Shown: positions 20,103-30,190 of the stretch, one piece after another
Position numbering within the stretch: the stretch's first letter is position 1
Layout of the letters: each line of letters starts with the position of its first letter
Source of the DNA: a virus
Strand: one strand, 5' to 3'
IMG/VR virus record: IMGVR_UViG_3300037070_005035
Span: 4,261 to 68,260 of that record
DNA: 64,000 nucleotides
Notes under the pieces: generated by a model
What the model was told of the DNA's origin: nothing
Seen by the model: only the letters and a program-made list of their open reading frames with translations
The model's database searches: none
Program-made: the position numbers and the translations under genes

Positions 20103-20681
20103 TTAGTCAGTCGCGCAACCACAAGCCGGGTTGCACCAACGAGCCACAATCTTTTGGCCGAGCGGATACACATGGGCCGCAAAAGCGGTACCAGTCGAGA
20201 CATCGATCTTGGCAGCGTCGACAGCACAGCCATCATCAGCGAACGGGCCACACAGCGGAGGGTCCTGGCAGACCGTCAAGACCGCGTTGGCGCCGCCCGT
20301 GACGGCGAATTTGTGATTGGAGACATTGCCATCGGTATCAATGAACGGAGCCAGCAGCGTACCTTTCGGCGCGGCCACCGCTGCCGAGAGATAAACCTCC
20401 ACGGCGCCGGCATGATAAACAGTGACCTTCTTACCACTCGTGACACCAGTTCCGCGGGCATGCCAACTCGCATCCGAGTAACCCACGAAAGCGGCGGCCG
20501 CGGCGGCTACCGTGGTAAAGCTGGAGAACGGCCGCACCATGCCATTGGCATCCGCACCCAACGGCGGACGATCGACACCCACACCATAGTGCGGGTCAGT
20601 CAGATAACGAGATTTGCGGGAATCGTCGTCCGATACCCACATGCCGAGAATATCACTACAAACACCAGGCAATAGCGCCAT
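20103..20681 (-). CDS. Head decoration/cement protein (putative)
   Basis: Between scaffold and capsid genes; AAGGAG RBS; AFVG motif. Confidence 0.5.
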   Translation of the reverse strand: MALLPGVCSDILGMWVSDDDSRKSRYLTDPHYGVGVDRPPLGADANGMVRPFSSFTTVAAAAAAFVGYSDASWHARGTGVTSGKKVTVYHAGAVEVYLSAAVAAPKGTLLAPFIDTDGNVSNHKFAVTGGANAVLTVCQDPPLCGPFADDGCAVDAAKIDVSTGTAFAAHVYPLGQKIVARWCNPACGCATD

Positions 20682-20706
20682 AATAGGCTCCTTTTTCAGT
20701 ACGCGG

Positions 20707-20726
20707 CTGTGGAATATATTCCACAG
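20707..20726. promoter_or_regulatory. Palindrome CTGTGGAATATATTCCACAG (operator family copy 1)
   Basis: Perfect 20-bp inverted repeat, intergenic. Confidence 0.6.
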
Positions 20727-20738
20727 CGATGGTTAACT

Positions 20739-21740
20739 TTAGCGCGAGCTTTTATGCAAAAATGGCTGGCGCTTATAGGACGAAATTTGTGCCTTGAGAT
20801 CGGCATCAACAAAGCCGCTGCCTTGTTTGGGAGTCTCGCTGGCCGGCTTTTTATCAGCATCAGCCACCGACTCGCGAATCTCTTCTTGTGATTTAATGAT
20901 GGCCGTAATCTTGGTCTGACGATCAGCCGTCTCAGGCAGGGCCAGCAGGGCATCGGCCAGCTCATTGGTCAGCTTGCGATTCAGAGTGGCGGCTTCTTGG
21001 ATCAGGGCATCCTTTCGCTCGCGGACGGTAATGGAATCCGTTAGTTCGGCGACCTTCAGTTCCAGCTCCTTGATCTTGGATGCGCGGGAGTCTAGCTCCG
21101 ATTGGAGATTAACGACTTTCTCGAGCGCGCCGCCGGTCTGTTGGCAGGAACACTCCTTCAGGCTTTCCTTATTGAGCTGCTCGTAAACGGCCGGATAGTG
21201 CTTCTTCACATCGGCCGCTTCGCGAATTTCGACTTCCATGTCCTGCTTCCCTTCATAGAGACCTTTGTTAACACCGCCAGCCCCGATGATCAGGCACATC
21301 TGGCGAACTTCGGTTACATCATCAATCACCCGACCCCGGCGAGTCTCCTCGAAGACAGCCTTGCCGGTCGGAATCTCGTGCGAGAATTTTATGAGATGCG
21401 GACGGCGCTCGGCGTCGTCAACGAGTTTATCATACAGAGAATCCTTGCGATTCAGCTCGGCATCGCCGCGAATTTCCCAATTACCAGACGGATCTCGACC
21501 CAACACGGGACGCCGCACACAGCCGATGAGATGCTCGTATCCCTTCGAGTCGTGATTGCGGACGATAGCCAACCCGTCATAGAAACCAACCAACTTCTTC
21601 ATCGCTTTTTCAGAATAACGATAGCCGTTGGTCGAGACTTCGCCGTGCAGCCGCACGCTGGGCAGCACCCCATTAGACGGGTCTGGTTTGATATCACGCT
21701 GGACGTGACCAGCTTCGATGATCGTTTCGGAGTTGAGCAA
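20739..21740 (-). CDS. Prohead protease/scaffold protein
   Basis: STNGYRYS...RNH...FSH protease-like N-domain plus C-terminal coiled coil; TTG start with GAGG. Confidence 0.65.
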   Translation of the reverse strand: MLNSETIIEAGHVQRDIKPDPSNGVLPSVRLHGEVSTNGYRYSEKAMKKLVGFYDGLAIVRNHDSKGYEHLIGCVRRPVLGRDPSGNWEIRGDAELNRKDSLYDKLVDDAERRPHLIKFSHEIPTGKAVFEETRRGRVIDDVTEVRQMCLIIGAGGVNKGLYEGKQDMEVEIREAADVKKHYPAVYEQLNKESLKECSCQQTGGALEKVVNLQSELDSRASKIKELELKVAELTDSITVRERKDALIQEAATLNRKLTNELADALLALPETADRQTKITAIIKSQEEIRESVADADKKPASETPKQGSGFVDADLKAQISSYKRQPFLHKSSR

Positions 21741-21798
21741 GATGGCCTCTTCCCTGGATCGCCATTTTGTCTACTCACACCTTGTTTGTCGGTGGTTT

Positions 21799-21996
21799 TC
21801 AAATGATTGTCAATACCGCGTCACCACCACCCACCACGAATTCGCCCGTGCCGGTATGGGCAGCCAGCTCGGCGCTGGCATCCAATAAGGTATCAATCAA
21901 TACTACGTTCGGCGCATTCAAGCGGCTCGTCAAGCAAGTCCAATACAAATTCAAATCGTATGGCAAGAAGGCATCACTGTTCCATATTTCCGCCAT
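21799..21996 (-). CDS. Hypothetical protein
   Basis: ATG 21996 (MAEIWNSD) after GGAGGG. Confidence 0.45.
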   Translation of the reverse strand: MAEIWNSDAFLPYDLNLYWTCLTSRLNAPNVVLIDTLLDASAELAAHTGTGEFVVGGGDAVLTII

Positions 21997-23428
21997 TATC
22001 AGGCCCTCCTGGCGATGAATTGGGCTCCGGCTCCTTGGGCTCCTGGTCGAGATCGAACTCGGCCTGGACGTGATCCACGCCCACCGACTGCCGCACCTGT
22101 CGCTTGGATTTGATGCCAGCTTCAAGCAGGCTTAGCTCGCTCTCGACATCCTTATTATGGTCGCGGGAATGAGCAATCGGGTAATTCGGAATCAGTTCAT
22201 AGGTCATGCGTAGATTGTCTTCATCGGCGCCCACGATCTTCCACAACACCTCCCTGTCCGCATGAAATAGCTTGGCCTGATCACGCTGGACACGGCGGTC
22301 GAATGGATCTCCGGCGGCCACCAACGACGAACGGTTGCCGGTATTGGCGTCCGCCGTGATCATGAATTCAGGAATATCACTGACGTTGCCAATAAACCGC
22401 TGCTCCTGCTGAATGATCTCAACGTTATCTTTCGCCGAAGTTGAAATGCCTGGCATTTCGACTCTGAATCCCTTGGCATGCGTCACACCCGGCGATTGCG
22501 GCCGACCTTCGTTCTCATCCTGCTTGATCTTTTTATTGCGGGCGATCAACTCGATATCCGAAATCATCGTGCTCTGGTCGTAGTTGTAGATGGCCGCATG
22601 CTCCGCCTGCACAAGAGCTAGGTCAATCATGGCGCCATTGATCTCATCGATACCAGCCACGTGACACAACGCCCAGTAGAACCTGGGGATGCCGCGAGGA
22701 TCATTGCGATCAACACCATCCTTGCAGTGCTGGACCTTGCGGCCGTCAATCCACTCCCAGACATCACCGCCATCTCTACCCTGCTTTGGGAGTAGATGCC
22801 AATAGCCTAAGACAATCCGGACATCCTGTGGATCAAAGACAATGCCGAGCATGCCGACCGGTTGATTCAGTTTTTGCATCGCCTGGATGATTGGCGTTGG
22901 CACTTCTTCGATATTGGTGATCCGCTGAATATCAGTCGGATTCTCGATGTGTTCCGGCTCCAGGAAAGTGATATCAATCCCCGTAGCCGTATCCCAGACG
23001 CGGCGGAAGAATTCGCCATCCCGAATGAATCGATAAAAGCTCTCCTCTTGAATCTGGTACCAGAACAGCGCCTCCAGGGCGAGTTCGAGCCGGAGGGTGA
23101 GGGCGTCCGCGCCGGCCAGTTGCGTCTTGAGCAGCCGCTTGTTCTTGACCGGGAGCCGCCTCGGGGAGAAGCGATAGGTGTGCCCGGTGCAGATCACGTA
23201 AGAGAGTAGCTTTTGGGTGGCCGCGATGATGGTCGGCTTGGTGGCCGCCCAGCGGCCGGAGTCGCGGACCTTGCGAAGGGTCGACTTGCACTTGTAGGGC
23301 AGCGTCCGCTTCTTGCCGGCATCGCCCCAGTCGATGGAGATTCCGAACTTCTCAGCTAGAGAGTCGGCGCTGAGGCGATGCTGGCGAGCCTCGAAACGTT
23401 CACGTATTTCCTCGACTGTGATCGGCAT
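21974..23428 (-). CDS. Portal protein (putative)
   Basis: 484 aa; IRDGEFF, VQH...DPRGIP, IPEFMITADANTGNRSS motifs. Confidence 0.8.
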   Translation of the reverse strand: MPITVEEIRERFEARQHRLSADSLAEKFGISIDWGDAGKKRTLPYKCKSTLRKVRDSGRWAATKPTIIAATQKLLSYVICTGHTYRFSPRRLPVKNKRLLKTQLAGADALTLRLELALEALFWYQIQEESFYRFIRDGEFFRRVWDTATGIDITFLEPEHIENPTDIQRITNIEEVPTPIIQAMQKLNQPVGMLGIVFDPQDVRIVLGYWHLLPKQGRDGGDVWEWIDGRKVQHCKDGVDRNDPRGIPRFYWALCHVAGIDEINGAMIDLALVQAEHAAIYNYDQSTMISDIELIARNKKIKQDENEGRPQSPGVTHAKGFRVEMPGISTSAKDNVEIIQQEQRFIGNVSDIPEFMITADANTGNRSSLVAAGDPFDRRVQRDQAKLFHADREVLWKIVGADEDNLRMTYELIPNYPIAHSRDHNKDVESELSLLEAGIKSKRQVRQSVGVDHVQAEFDLDQEPKEPEPNSSPGGPDNGGNMEQ

Positions 23429-23451
23429 GTGACATCCTTGTCGTCAATGAA

Positions 23452-23658
23452 TCAGGCCATTTCCTCAACATGGCCATGGCGTCGCATTAAGTTATTCCTG
23501 GCGGCACTCAATGCGACAATAACCTGTTTCAGCCTGTCGATTTCGTCTTCCATATCCATATTGCGGGCTGTGTCATAACCAAACTTCGCAACCGGATCTT
23601 TGGCCATAACTGACTGGAAATTATATTCTAGAGACCGGCGATAGAATTGATTATCCAT
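23452..23658 (-). CDS. Hypothetical protein
   Basis: Member of abutting small-ORF operon. Confidence 0.45.
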   Translation of the reverse strand: MDNQFYRRSLEYNFQSVMAKDPVAKFGYDTARNMDMEDEIDRLKQVIVALSAARNNLMRRHGHVEEMA

Positions 23659-23919
23659 TTACTCACCACGGTTCCAGTTTCCATCACCAAGCGTGTAGCA
23701 GCGCTTAGTATAGGCCCTGCTCGATGAATCAGGAACTTCCGCGCGCAGAAATTCAGTCCACGATCGACCGTGCCTGAATTCGACGTGCTTCCTCATTAGT
23801 CTGGCTGCCTGGACTCCAGACCCTGGATCTTTTCCACGCTGGCCTCGCGCGTTGACGATGATCTTCCATTCGCACCATGGGCACAAGAGATCCCAGGCGG
23901 ACGGCTGTTCACGCGGCAT
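23659..23919 (-). CDS. Small Zn-finger-like protein
   Basis: CPWC...HVEFRH. Confidence 0.5.
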   Translation of the reverse strand: MPREQPSAWDLLCPWCEWKIIVNARGQRGKDPGSGVQAARLMRKHVEFRHGRSWTEFLRAEVPDSSSRAYTKRCYTLGDGNWNRGE

Positions 23920-24127
23920 CGTTCTTCTCCCGTTCCTTCAGCATCGAATCTTGCTTTCGTTCCGCTTCAATTTGCCGGACTGCGTATTCGATATCTTGTC
24001 TCACGGAGTCATAAACACATCTCAGCAATGCCCTCTCGCAACTCCCTTGGGCGAGGGCCTTCTCTAAACTGAGGACGCGGAACGGAATGTCTCGCAGAAC
24101 TCTAATCGCGTCCGCTGGCTCACACAT
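23909..24127 (-). CDS. Hypothetical protein
   Basis: Overlapping start/stop with neighbours. Confidence 0.45.
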   Translation of the reverse strand: MCEPADAIRVLRDIPFRVLSLEKALAQGSCERALLRCVYDSVRQDIEYAVRQIEAERKQDSMLKEREKNDAA

Positions 24128-24398
24128 GTTTTTCCCGTTCCTTCATCATCGCGTCGGCCATCTTGTAACACCTTGCGGCGGCAACCTCGTCAGATTCGTA
24201 TGGATAGTCCATGGTGCCTTGCATCGCCAGCCCCGCGAAGTGATCGCGCAGACTGTGCGAAGAACACTTATGCTGGGCTATCCATTCCCGCGACAGTTGC
24301 AGTTTTTCGCACGTCAGTTGCAATCCAAAGTGGTCCACAAACGGGACGCCGCACGCTTTGCAAACTGGATTGGGATCTACTAGTTGTTCAAGCGGCAT
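24120..24398 (-). CDS. Conserved small phage protein (LRDxFAxxAMQG family)
   Basis: SLRDHFAGLAMQG...CYKMADAMMKER. Confidence 0.65.
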   Translation of the reverse strand: MPLEQLVDPNPVCKACGVPFVDHFGLQLTCEKLQLSREWIAQHKCSSHSLRDHFAGLAMQGTMDYPYESDEVAAARCYKMADAMMKEREKHV

Positions 24399-24588
24399 CG
24401 TTTCCTCCGGGCGGCTTGTCGATAAAGTATTCCACCAGATGCTCGTCCGGCTGCTCCTGTTGGATCTTCACGAAGAATCCTTGCAGGGCCTCATCCATGG
24501 TAGCGCCAAGACCGCGGCTATTGTATCCCTTAGCCCAAGCCGACCAGCGACCGGCCTTGCCCTGCTCGACGTGGATAATGATTTTCAT
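24388..24588 (-). CDS. Small protein, HicB-N-like
   Basis: ATG 24588; WSAW...GATMDEAL. Confidence 0.35.
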   Translation of the reverse strand: MKIIIHVEQGKAGRWSAWAKGYNSRGLGATMDEALQGFFVKIQQEQPDEHLVEYFIDKPPGGNDAA

Positions 24589-24918
24589 CTTGGCCACCAC
24601 AAGTACACAACATACAACAGCACCCCCAGCACGCCGCAAAGTACGCCAACCATAATAAATGCAATAGCCTTCATTCTTCACAGGCTCCTCCGGAGCCTCC
24701 TCTTTTGGGTGGTCAGCCGCGGCGCCTCCACTGGGGAACTTCGACTTTCACAAATTCGTTACCACGCTTGCGCCACCAGGCACTGGCTCTCTGAGTTCCA
24801 TCCATTTCATACTCCCGCAGGCAGAGCGGGCACATTAGAAACACCAGATCGGCACGTCCCTCAGTCCGCCGCATGCGGAACGTCAGCAGCTTCCGATCGC
24901 AACACAAACCATCCGTGA

Positions 24919-25152
24919 TCATTTTGCGATAACCCTGATTGGTGGTTTGACATAGGTCAGTAAGTCAACATCCTCGCCGAGAATAATATCGTAAGCTCCG
25001 TACAGGATCTTGCCGGTAACGACATTGCAACGAAGCACAGAGTCATAATCTCTTCCATCCTGATCAAAAACATCACAGGGAACTGGCAAAGACGCATCCA
25101 TATTCCAGTCATGCGTCCACTCGCCGGTCCTGTTAGGAGGAACTTCTTTCAT
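24919..25152 (-). CDS. Hypothetical protein
   Basis: Coupled start/stop. Confidence 0.45.
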   Translation of the reverse strand: MKEVPPNRTGEWTHDWNMDASLPVPCDVFDQDGRDYDSVLRCNVVTGKILYGAYDIILGEDVDLLTYVKPPIRVIAK

Positions 25153-25568
25153 CAGTATTGCTGAATCACGCCCTTGGTCACCAACTCGTTCCTGAGATTC
25201 TGCATCGGCCCATGGAACTTATTCTCGATATGTGTCATCACCATCTTGAAGACACCGCCAGCAATCGCATCGTCAATCAGCCGCTTGCACTCGTCCGAGT
25301 GCTCGACTAGCCAGACGTCGACGGACTTCTTGACTTGCTCCTCCAGCAGCTTCTTGATTTCCTGGACGATCAACGGCGGGCCAGTACGGGTCGTCGAGCC
25401 GCCGTGGTACCTAGCTGGCTCGTACTGGTCGGTGAAAAACGCCTTCTGCATCGCGGCGTTGACGAGCAGCTTGAGATCGTCATCCGACATCAGGTCGCCG
25501 ATTGATTCCCGGATACGCTCAAAGACTTTCTCGTTGAATGATTTTGTCAGTTCCAGATCAGTTGCCAT
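25152..25568 (-). CDS. Hypothetical protein
   Basis: 138 aa, GGAGG RBS. Confidence 0.6.
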   Translation of the reverse strand: MATDLELTKSFNEKVFERIRESIGDLMSDDDLKLLVNAAMQKAFFTDQYEPARYHGGSTTRTGPPLIVQEIKKLLEEQVKKSVDVWLVEHSDECKRLIDDAIAGGVFKMVMTHIENKFHGPMQNLRNELVTKGVIQQY

Positions 25569-25877
25569 TTAATCCTCCCAGTCCAAATCCTCAGCCTCCG
25601 CCAGCCAGAGCGGAATCTGGACGTGCGTAAGATGGTCATCCACTTCCACGTCATCGGCATCGAAATCTCCTGTGCTATCACCCTCCTTAATCGTGGCCTG
25701 CTTAATCTGCGAGATGGGAATCCACAGCAGGTGGCCCTGCTCGCCCAGGCCCCAAGCCTTCTCGGTGATGTGGTAGATCTGCAGATCGATCTTGGCCCAC
25801 ACCAGCCGCTTGGTATCTTCGAAGTCGTCGGAATCATGCTCACGAAACTTATCCGGCCACTGGGACAGTCCCATCAT
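25569..25877 (-). CDS. Hypothetical acidic protein
   Basis: TEKA...WIPISQI...IPLWLAE phage motif; GGAGG RBS. Confidence 0.6.
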   Translation of the reverse strand: MMGLSQWPDKFREHDSDDFEDTKRLVWAKIDLQIYHITEKAWGLGEQGHLLWIPISQIKQATIKEGDSTGDFDADDVEVDDHLTHVQIPLWLAEAEDLDWED

Positions 25878-26067
25878 AGCCCTCCCCTAGCATCACTCCG
25901 ATGTAGTTCCCCAGCGTTCCGTAAGTCGGCATCGGCGAGGTTCCGAATTCCTTCCTGATCCTGTTTAGAACAGATCGCAACGTCACCTCACGCGGAGTCG
26001 TGGCATTGGTGAACTGGGCCAGCTCCAGGAAAAGCTGGTCAATCACGGTCGTCTCGTTTCTCAACAT
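25849..26067 (-). CDS. Hypothetical protein
   Basis: Operon-packed ORF. Confidence 0.45.
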   Translation of the reverse strand: MLRNETTVIDQLFLELAQFTNATTPREVTLRSVLNRIRKEFGTSPMPTYGTLGNYIGVMLGEGYDGTVPVAG

Positions 26068-26527
26068 GGCAAAGCCTCTTCCAGTGTCGGCACAGCGTCA
26101 ATTGGCAATCTTTAAGCGGGGCCTCATTGCCATGGTTCGCAAAATGGTAACCAATGGCGTACTTCGTCGCCAGATCGGCCAGATCATTCAGGCGACAGAG
26201 CACAGCGATATCCGAGAAGTGGAAATCAAAGCCGCCGGGGCCTATGACGTGGCCATTGAGTGAGTTATGCCGGTAGAGTTCTCCACTCCTCTCTGAGGAA
26301 GGAAAGGTTTCCGCCGCGGCCACGTGGTCCGGCGGGATCGGCTGCTGGGGCGGGGCGACGGGGGGCAGACGCACGTACGTCTCCGGGCCGTCCGGGGTAT
26401 CGACAATGAGATTCGGCGATGAACCCTGCAATCGCCGCTCGATTCGCTCCAGTCGCCGCGACACATTCATGACGTATCTCATAAAGATGTCAACCAAGTC
26501 GTCCATTTCCTTTTCAGTACCGCTCAT
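26039..26527 (-). CDS. Hypothetical protein, paralogue of 27558-27995
   Basis: QPIP...AET...HVIGPGGF...LxRLN...CxxxxCR shared. Confidence 0.55.
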   Translation of the reverse strand: MSGTEKEMDDLVDIFMRYVMNVSRRLERIERRLQGSSPNLIVDTPDGPETYVRLPPVAPPQQPIPPDHVAAAETFPSSERSGELYRHNSLNGHVIGPGGFDFHFSDIAVLCRLNDLADLATKYAIGYHFANHGNEAPLKDCQLTLCRHWKRLCHVEKRDDRD

Positions 26528-26742
26528 AGGTCGTTTGTCGCCTCTTGCCTCTCACTGAGCGATTCGATGTACTCGCCCAGTGCCTTGATTACATTCGGCT
26601 CCAGGGCGATACTCTCCCAGCGGTACTCGCGCCTCGTCCGCAGCCAGATATGGTAACCATCGTGCGAGGCATACACTCCATCACCGATGTAGACCAGCCG
26701 CGTCTCACCCACGACGGACGGCATATCATATTCAAGCATCAC
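26524..26742 (-). CDS. Conserved small phage protein
   Basis: YIGDGVYASHDGYHIWL...IALEPNV. Confidence 0.6.
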   Translation of the reverse strand: MMLEYDMPSVVGETRLVYIGDGVYASHDGYHIWLRTRREYRWESIALEPNVIKALGEYIESLSERQEATNDL

Positions 26743-27214
26743 TAGGCTCCTTGTTTTTGACTTCAGCCAACTGGCGAGCTAGCTTACGGCACTGGTCCTG
26801 GACGTAATCGAGAGTTCGGTAAATTCCGCCACTCAGAAATGAAAAGCTACTGAACGGCGGCAGGTCTCCATAGTGACTACAATCGAATCCCAGCCACCAC
26901 ACATCGTGCGGCTCCCCATCTCCCGGCACGTGGCAGATGCCGCGGCCTTCACCAATCTCATGCGACCGGCAAAAATCAGAGTACGTCAGGCCGCCATGCA
27001 CATCGACATTCAGCTCCATATAATCGACTTCGAAGAGCGTGTGCGACGCATCGACGCCGACGTATCCACACCACGCACCACTGCTTGGCGATCGCACCGC
27101 CAGGCACGGCAAGCCAGTCTCTTCGTCTGGCCACTGGACCTTGTCCGGCTCGTCATCCCACTCGCCATGCCCCCAACCGGAACGATCAAGCGTCTTGTAC
27201 GTCTTAGTTTCCAT
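26732..27214 (-). CDS. Conserved phage protein (VHGGLTY/GFDCxH family)
   Basis: WCGYVGV...DVHGGLTY...WWLGFDCSH. Confidence 0.7.
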   Translation of the reverse strand: METKTYKTLDRSGWGHGEWDDEPDKVQWPDEETGLPCLAVRSPSSGAWCGYVGVDASHTLFEVDYMELNVDVHGGLTYSDFCRSHEIGEGRGICHVPGDGEPHDVWWLGFDCSHYGDLPPFSSFSFLSGGIYRTLDYVQDQCRKLARQLAEVKNKEPSDA

Positions 27215-27554
27215 CGCCAGGCTCCTTGATCAGCTTCCACAACTCACACTCCGGCATGTGCCCGCGGCCGTGCTCATGGCTGCCGGCGCCCATATCAAGC
27301 GATGCGCCATCCGGCAGCCCGTCGCAGATCGGGCACCTGGGGCAAGTATCACCCGCAAAACCGTAAGCCGTGGCGATCCACTGCAGCCGCTCCAGCATCC
27401 GGGCCATATCACGATACCGCTCCAGGAACTTGCCGTGCAGCTTATCAGCGACCAAGGCGGCCTGGCTGGAATCAAAAACGCCCTTCGGCGCCGGCGTCCA
27501 ACACATGGATGCCTCGCCAATAGCCATCAGGATCTCGGATTTCAACGTGCTCAT
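27204..27554 (-). CDS. Hypothetical Zn-binding protein
   Basis: IGEASMCW...CPIC...GHMPEC. Confidence 0.55.
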   Translation of the reverse strand: MSTLKSEILMAIGEASMCWTPAPKGVFDSSQAALVADKLHGKFLERYRDMARMLERLQWIATAYGFAGDTCPRCPICDGLPDGASLDMGAGSHEHGRGHMPECELWKLIKEPGDGN

Positions 27555-27557
27555 TTC

Positions 27558-27995
27558 CTAATCCCCTTCATGAAGTAAGTCACCCAGCAGCTCCCGCATC
27601 CGCCGGCAATCAGCATACTCACAAGCCATGATTGGCCCGGGGTGGCGAGTATTGTGTAACCAACTGGAGTACCGCAGTAGCCAGACGTGCTGCTCATTGA
27701 GCCGATCAAGTAAATCCTGGTTGCTATAAGCCTCGAACCCCAGAGGCCCATGAATGTGATGGTGGCTGAGATAGTACGCCAACTCCTTCCCGGAAGGCGG
27801 AACGGTAGTCTCCGCCGGGACGGCCCGGGGCGTGGTGGCGGGGATCGGCTGGTCCCATAATTCGGAAGAAATAGTTCTCGCCTGATTAACCGGGTCGATC
27901 CGCAAGCACTGCTCCACCTGGCCGATAGCGCTCACGATCGAGTACAAAGCCGACACAATCCGGTCGGTCGACTCTCGAATAGCCTCGTCATTCAT
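27558..27995 (-). CDS. Hypothetical protein, paralogue of 26039-26527
   Basis: Shared C-terminal His/Cys domain. Confidence 0.55.
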   Translation of the reverse strand: MNDEAIRESTDRIVSALYSIVSAIGQVEQCLRIDPVNQARTISSELWDQPIPATTPRAVPAETTVPPSGKELAYYLSHHHIHGPLGFEAYSNQDLLDRLNEQHVWLLRYSSWLHNTRHPGPIMACEYADCRRMRELLGDLLHEGD

Positions 27996-28239
27996 TGATA
28001 ATCTCCGCCAGCCGAATCAGCTCATGCGCCATGCCAGGCTCAAGGTCGCCCTCCTTGAACAGCAGCACCCGTTCGCAATTCTCCCAGATGGCCTCCCGCA
28101 AGCACCCACCAGAATCCCGCTCATGCTCCAATACCACAACTCTCCTGTACCACCCCAGCGACTTGCATGCTGCCTCAAACTCCTCCCGGATCGGGTTCAG
28201 CTCAGCGGGACTCATGTGCCGCCTCCCTGGCCAAACCAA
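27988..28239 (-). CDS. Hypothetical protein
   Basis: Operon-packed ORF; start may be 28215. Confidence 0.45.
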   Translation of the reverse strand: MVWPGRRHMSPAELNPIREEFEAACKSLGWYRRVVVLEHERDSGGCLREAIWENCERVLLFKEGDLEPGMAHELIRLAEIINE

Positions 28240-28453
28240 TCACCTGCTCAGCCGGCTCGGCGGCCATCTCAAACCCCGATCGATACCCAAACCAGTAGCC
28301 AATCCCACAGCCAAGCAAAATCCCGCAAACCCACACTACGAACAGACACAGCCGGCGCGCGGCAGCATCCTCCCGGACCAACCGACCTGCCAGTTGCCGC
28401 ATCTCAGATCCCTTGATCGTCTCCTGTAACTCAACCTCATTTAGATCCGGCAT
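28202..28453 (-). CDS. Small single-TM protein
   Basis: ATG 28453 after AAGGA; LCLFVVWVCGILLGCGIGYWF. Confidence 0.5.
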   Translation of the reverse strand: MPDLNEVELQETIKGSEMRQLAGRLVREDAAARRLCLFVVWVCGILLGCGIGYWFGYRSGFEMAAEPAEQVIGLAREAAHESR

Positions 28454-28464
28454 CGTATTTTCCT

Positions 28465-28731
28465 TTACAGCCCAAGGCGAGCAGCCTCGACGACAGTCTC
28501 GGCATCCTTGAATGTCATGTAAACTTGCTCCCACGGTACCATCGGAAAGGAATGCAAACACCAGCAACAAACCAACCCATCAGGAAACACACCAGACTTC
28601 AATCGATACGTCCATATCGGCCGCCCACAGGCAGGACACATTAACCTCTTGAACTTTTCCCCGTCCACAAAACATGATTCTTCCATTTTCGTCATACCAT
28701 TTCGCGGCATTATACCAATCCGGCTTTTCAC
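28465..28731 (-). CDS. Small Zn-ribbon protein
   Basis: CPAC...CCWC. Confidence 0.45.
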   Translation of the reverse strand: MKSRIGIMPRNGMTKMEESCFVDGEKFKRLMCPACGRPIWTYRLKSGVFPDGLVCCWCLHSFPMVPWEQVYMTFKDAETVVEAARLGL

Positions 28732-29591
28732 GTCAACCAGGCTGGTATGATTCCATCATCCCAATGCGAGTTAACATGAAACCCCGAGGGTATCGCCCAC
28801 GCCGGGGTGGATAAAAACTCAGACCAATTTCCACCACTAACCAAACTCAATAGAAACTCCTTGTTTTTAAGCCTAAACATCACTTCTACACAACTTTCTT
28901 GGCAAATCGCTTTACCAACTAACACCAACCACCGAGATAACCCCGAATCGCTCCCCAATTTTCCCACCACTTTTTCCACTCTTTTCATCCCAACCAGGTC
29001 AAATCGGCACCCATTTCTACCCCCCTTCCTTGTCCTGCTGGTACAGCGATTCTCCTTGGCGCCTAGAACGCCATCAATTCCTTCCACCCCGTGAAAATCG
29101 ACTCTACTGGTATGATAGCCAAAACCAATGAACCAAACAAAGACACCACCCAGACACCCCCGACGCCGCAGCTTACCGAAGCGGCCGACAGAATCTCCCT
29201 CCCCATACCGCAAACCACCACAAGACTACTCAGAACCCTAGAAGGGACCCATAAACAAGCAATAAAGCAAACAATAGCCTCAATAACAGCTCCTAGGTAG
29301 AACTAAGCACAAATATGCAAGAAAAGGCCAGAAAAGGAAGACTAAATAGAGTCAACAATAGAACCAAGAACAGACAAAGAAACAGAAACTCAGGATAAAA
29401 CAGGAACCGCCGATAAACACCGCCTCCAGTGGCGCGAGGGTCCCTCTCCACCCACTGGGCTTTCTGTGTGTGTGGAGGGTCCCTGATTGAATCAAACACC
29501 TGCCGTCCGCCAGCAGCCAGTAGCGTCACGATTCTTAGCTAGATTCGAAATAGACTGGAAAACAAGCTGGTTTTGATGAGAAGCAAGGCAA

Positions 29592-29628
29592 TTGACAAGG
29601 CGGAGTTGTGGAATAGTGTTCCACAACT
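29592..29628 (+). promoter_or_regulatory. TTGACA -35 box with palindrome AGTTGTGGAA-N5-TTCCACAACT over the -10 region (operator copy 2)
   Basis: TTGACA 29592-29597; inverted repeat 29604-29628. Confidence 0.6.
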
Positions 29629-30027
29629 ATTGGCCGATGACGGAAGGAGATGGCGCAACGTAGTGGCCTAGGAATGCATATAGAGAGCATCTAATGGGCG
29701 CATCGCCTTTTGCCACTACTGGTTTCTCTTGCTTCTCTGTTGCTTCTCTTGAGCGACTTTCGCCCCCTTTGGCTACTCTTCTACCTTCACTCAAATTCCC
29801 CTCCCTGCTTCATGCTAGCTTAATTCCTTGTGGCCTAGCCTACTAGTCTTCCGCTCTTAGTGGTCGATCCGCTGGTTTTAGTCTTGTGGCGCTGACTGGG
29901 ATTCTGATCGGCCGCTAGCCTTGGACCTTGCATCTTCCTTGCAGATAGCCTTTTTCTACTGGGAATGCCGCTTATTTTGGAATTCCTGTAAAAAGGAAAT
30001 AATACCGCTTGTGTTAATTCACCGATA

Positions 30028-30036
30028 TGGTATAAT
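30028..30036 (+). promoter_or_regulatory. Extended -10 promoter TGGTATAAT for rightward early arm
   Basis: Consensus TGnTATAAT upstream of first + strand gene. Confidence 0.55.
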
Positions 30037-30190
30037 ACATGGGTCAAAGCAAAACGATCCTCTGAAACCGAACTAAAACGATCTCGTCATAGAACAGATC
30101 ACGGTGTATTCAAGATAACGGGTTGTTTGGACGATCTTTCGGATGACGAGATGGTAAACGATTGACCTACAAAACAAATCGGAGAATAGC

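Noticed and set aside
21740-21765. Frameshift at the start of the protease/scaffold gene (ATG 21765 out of frame by one base)
   Set aside because: The in-frame TTG at 21740 has a plausible GAGG RBS, so no frameshift is required
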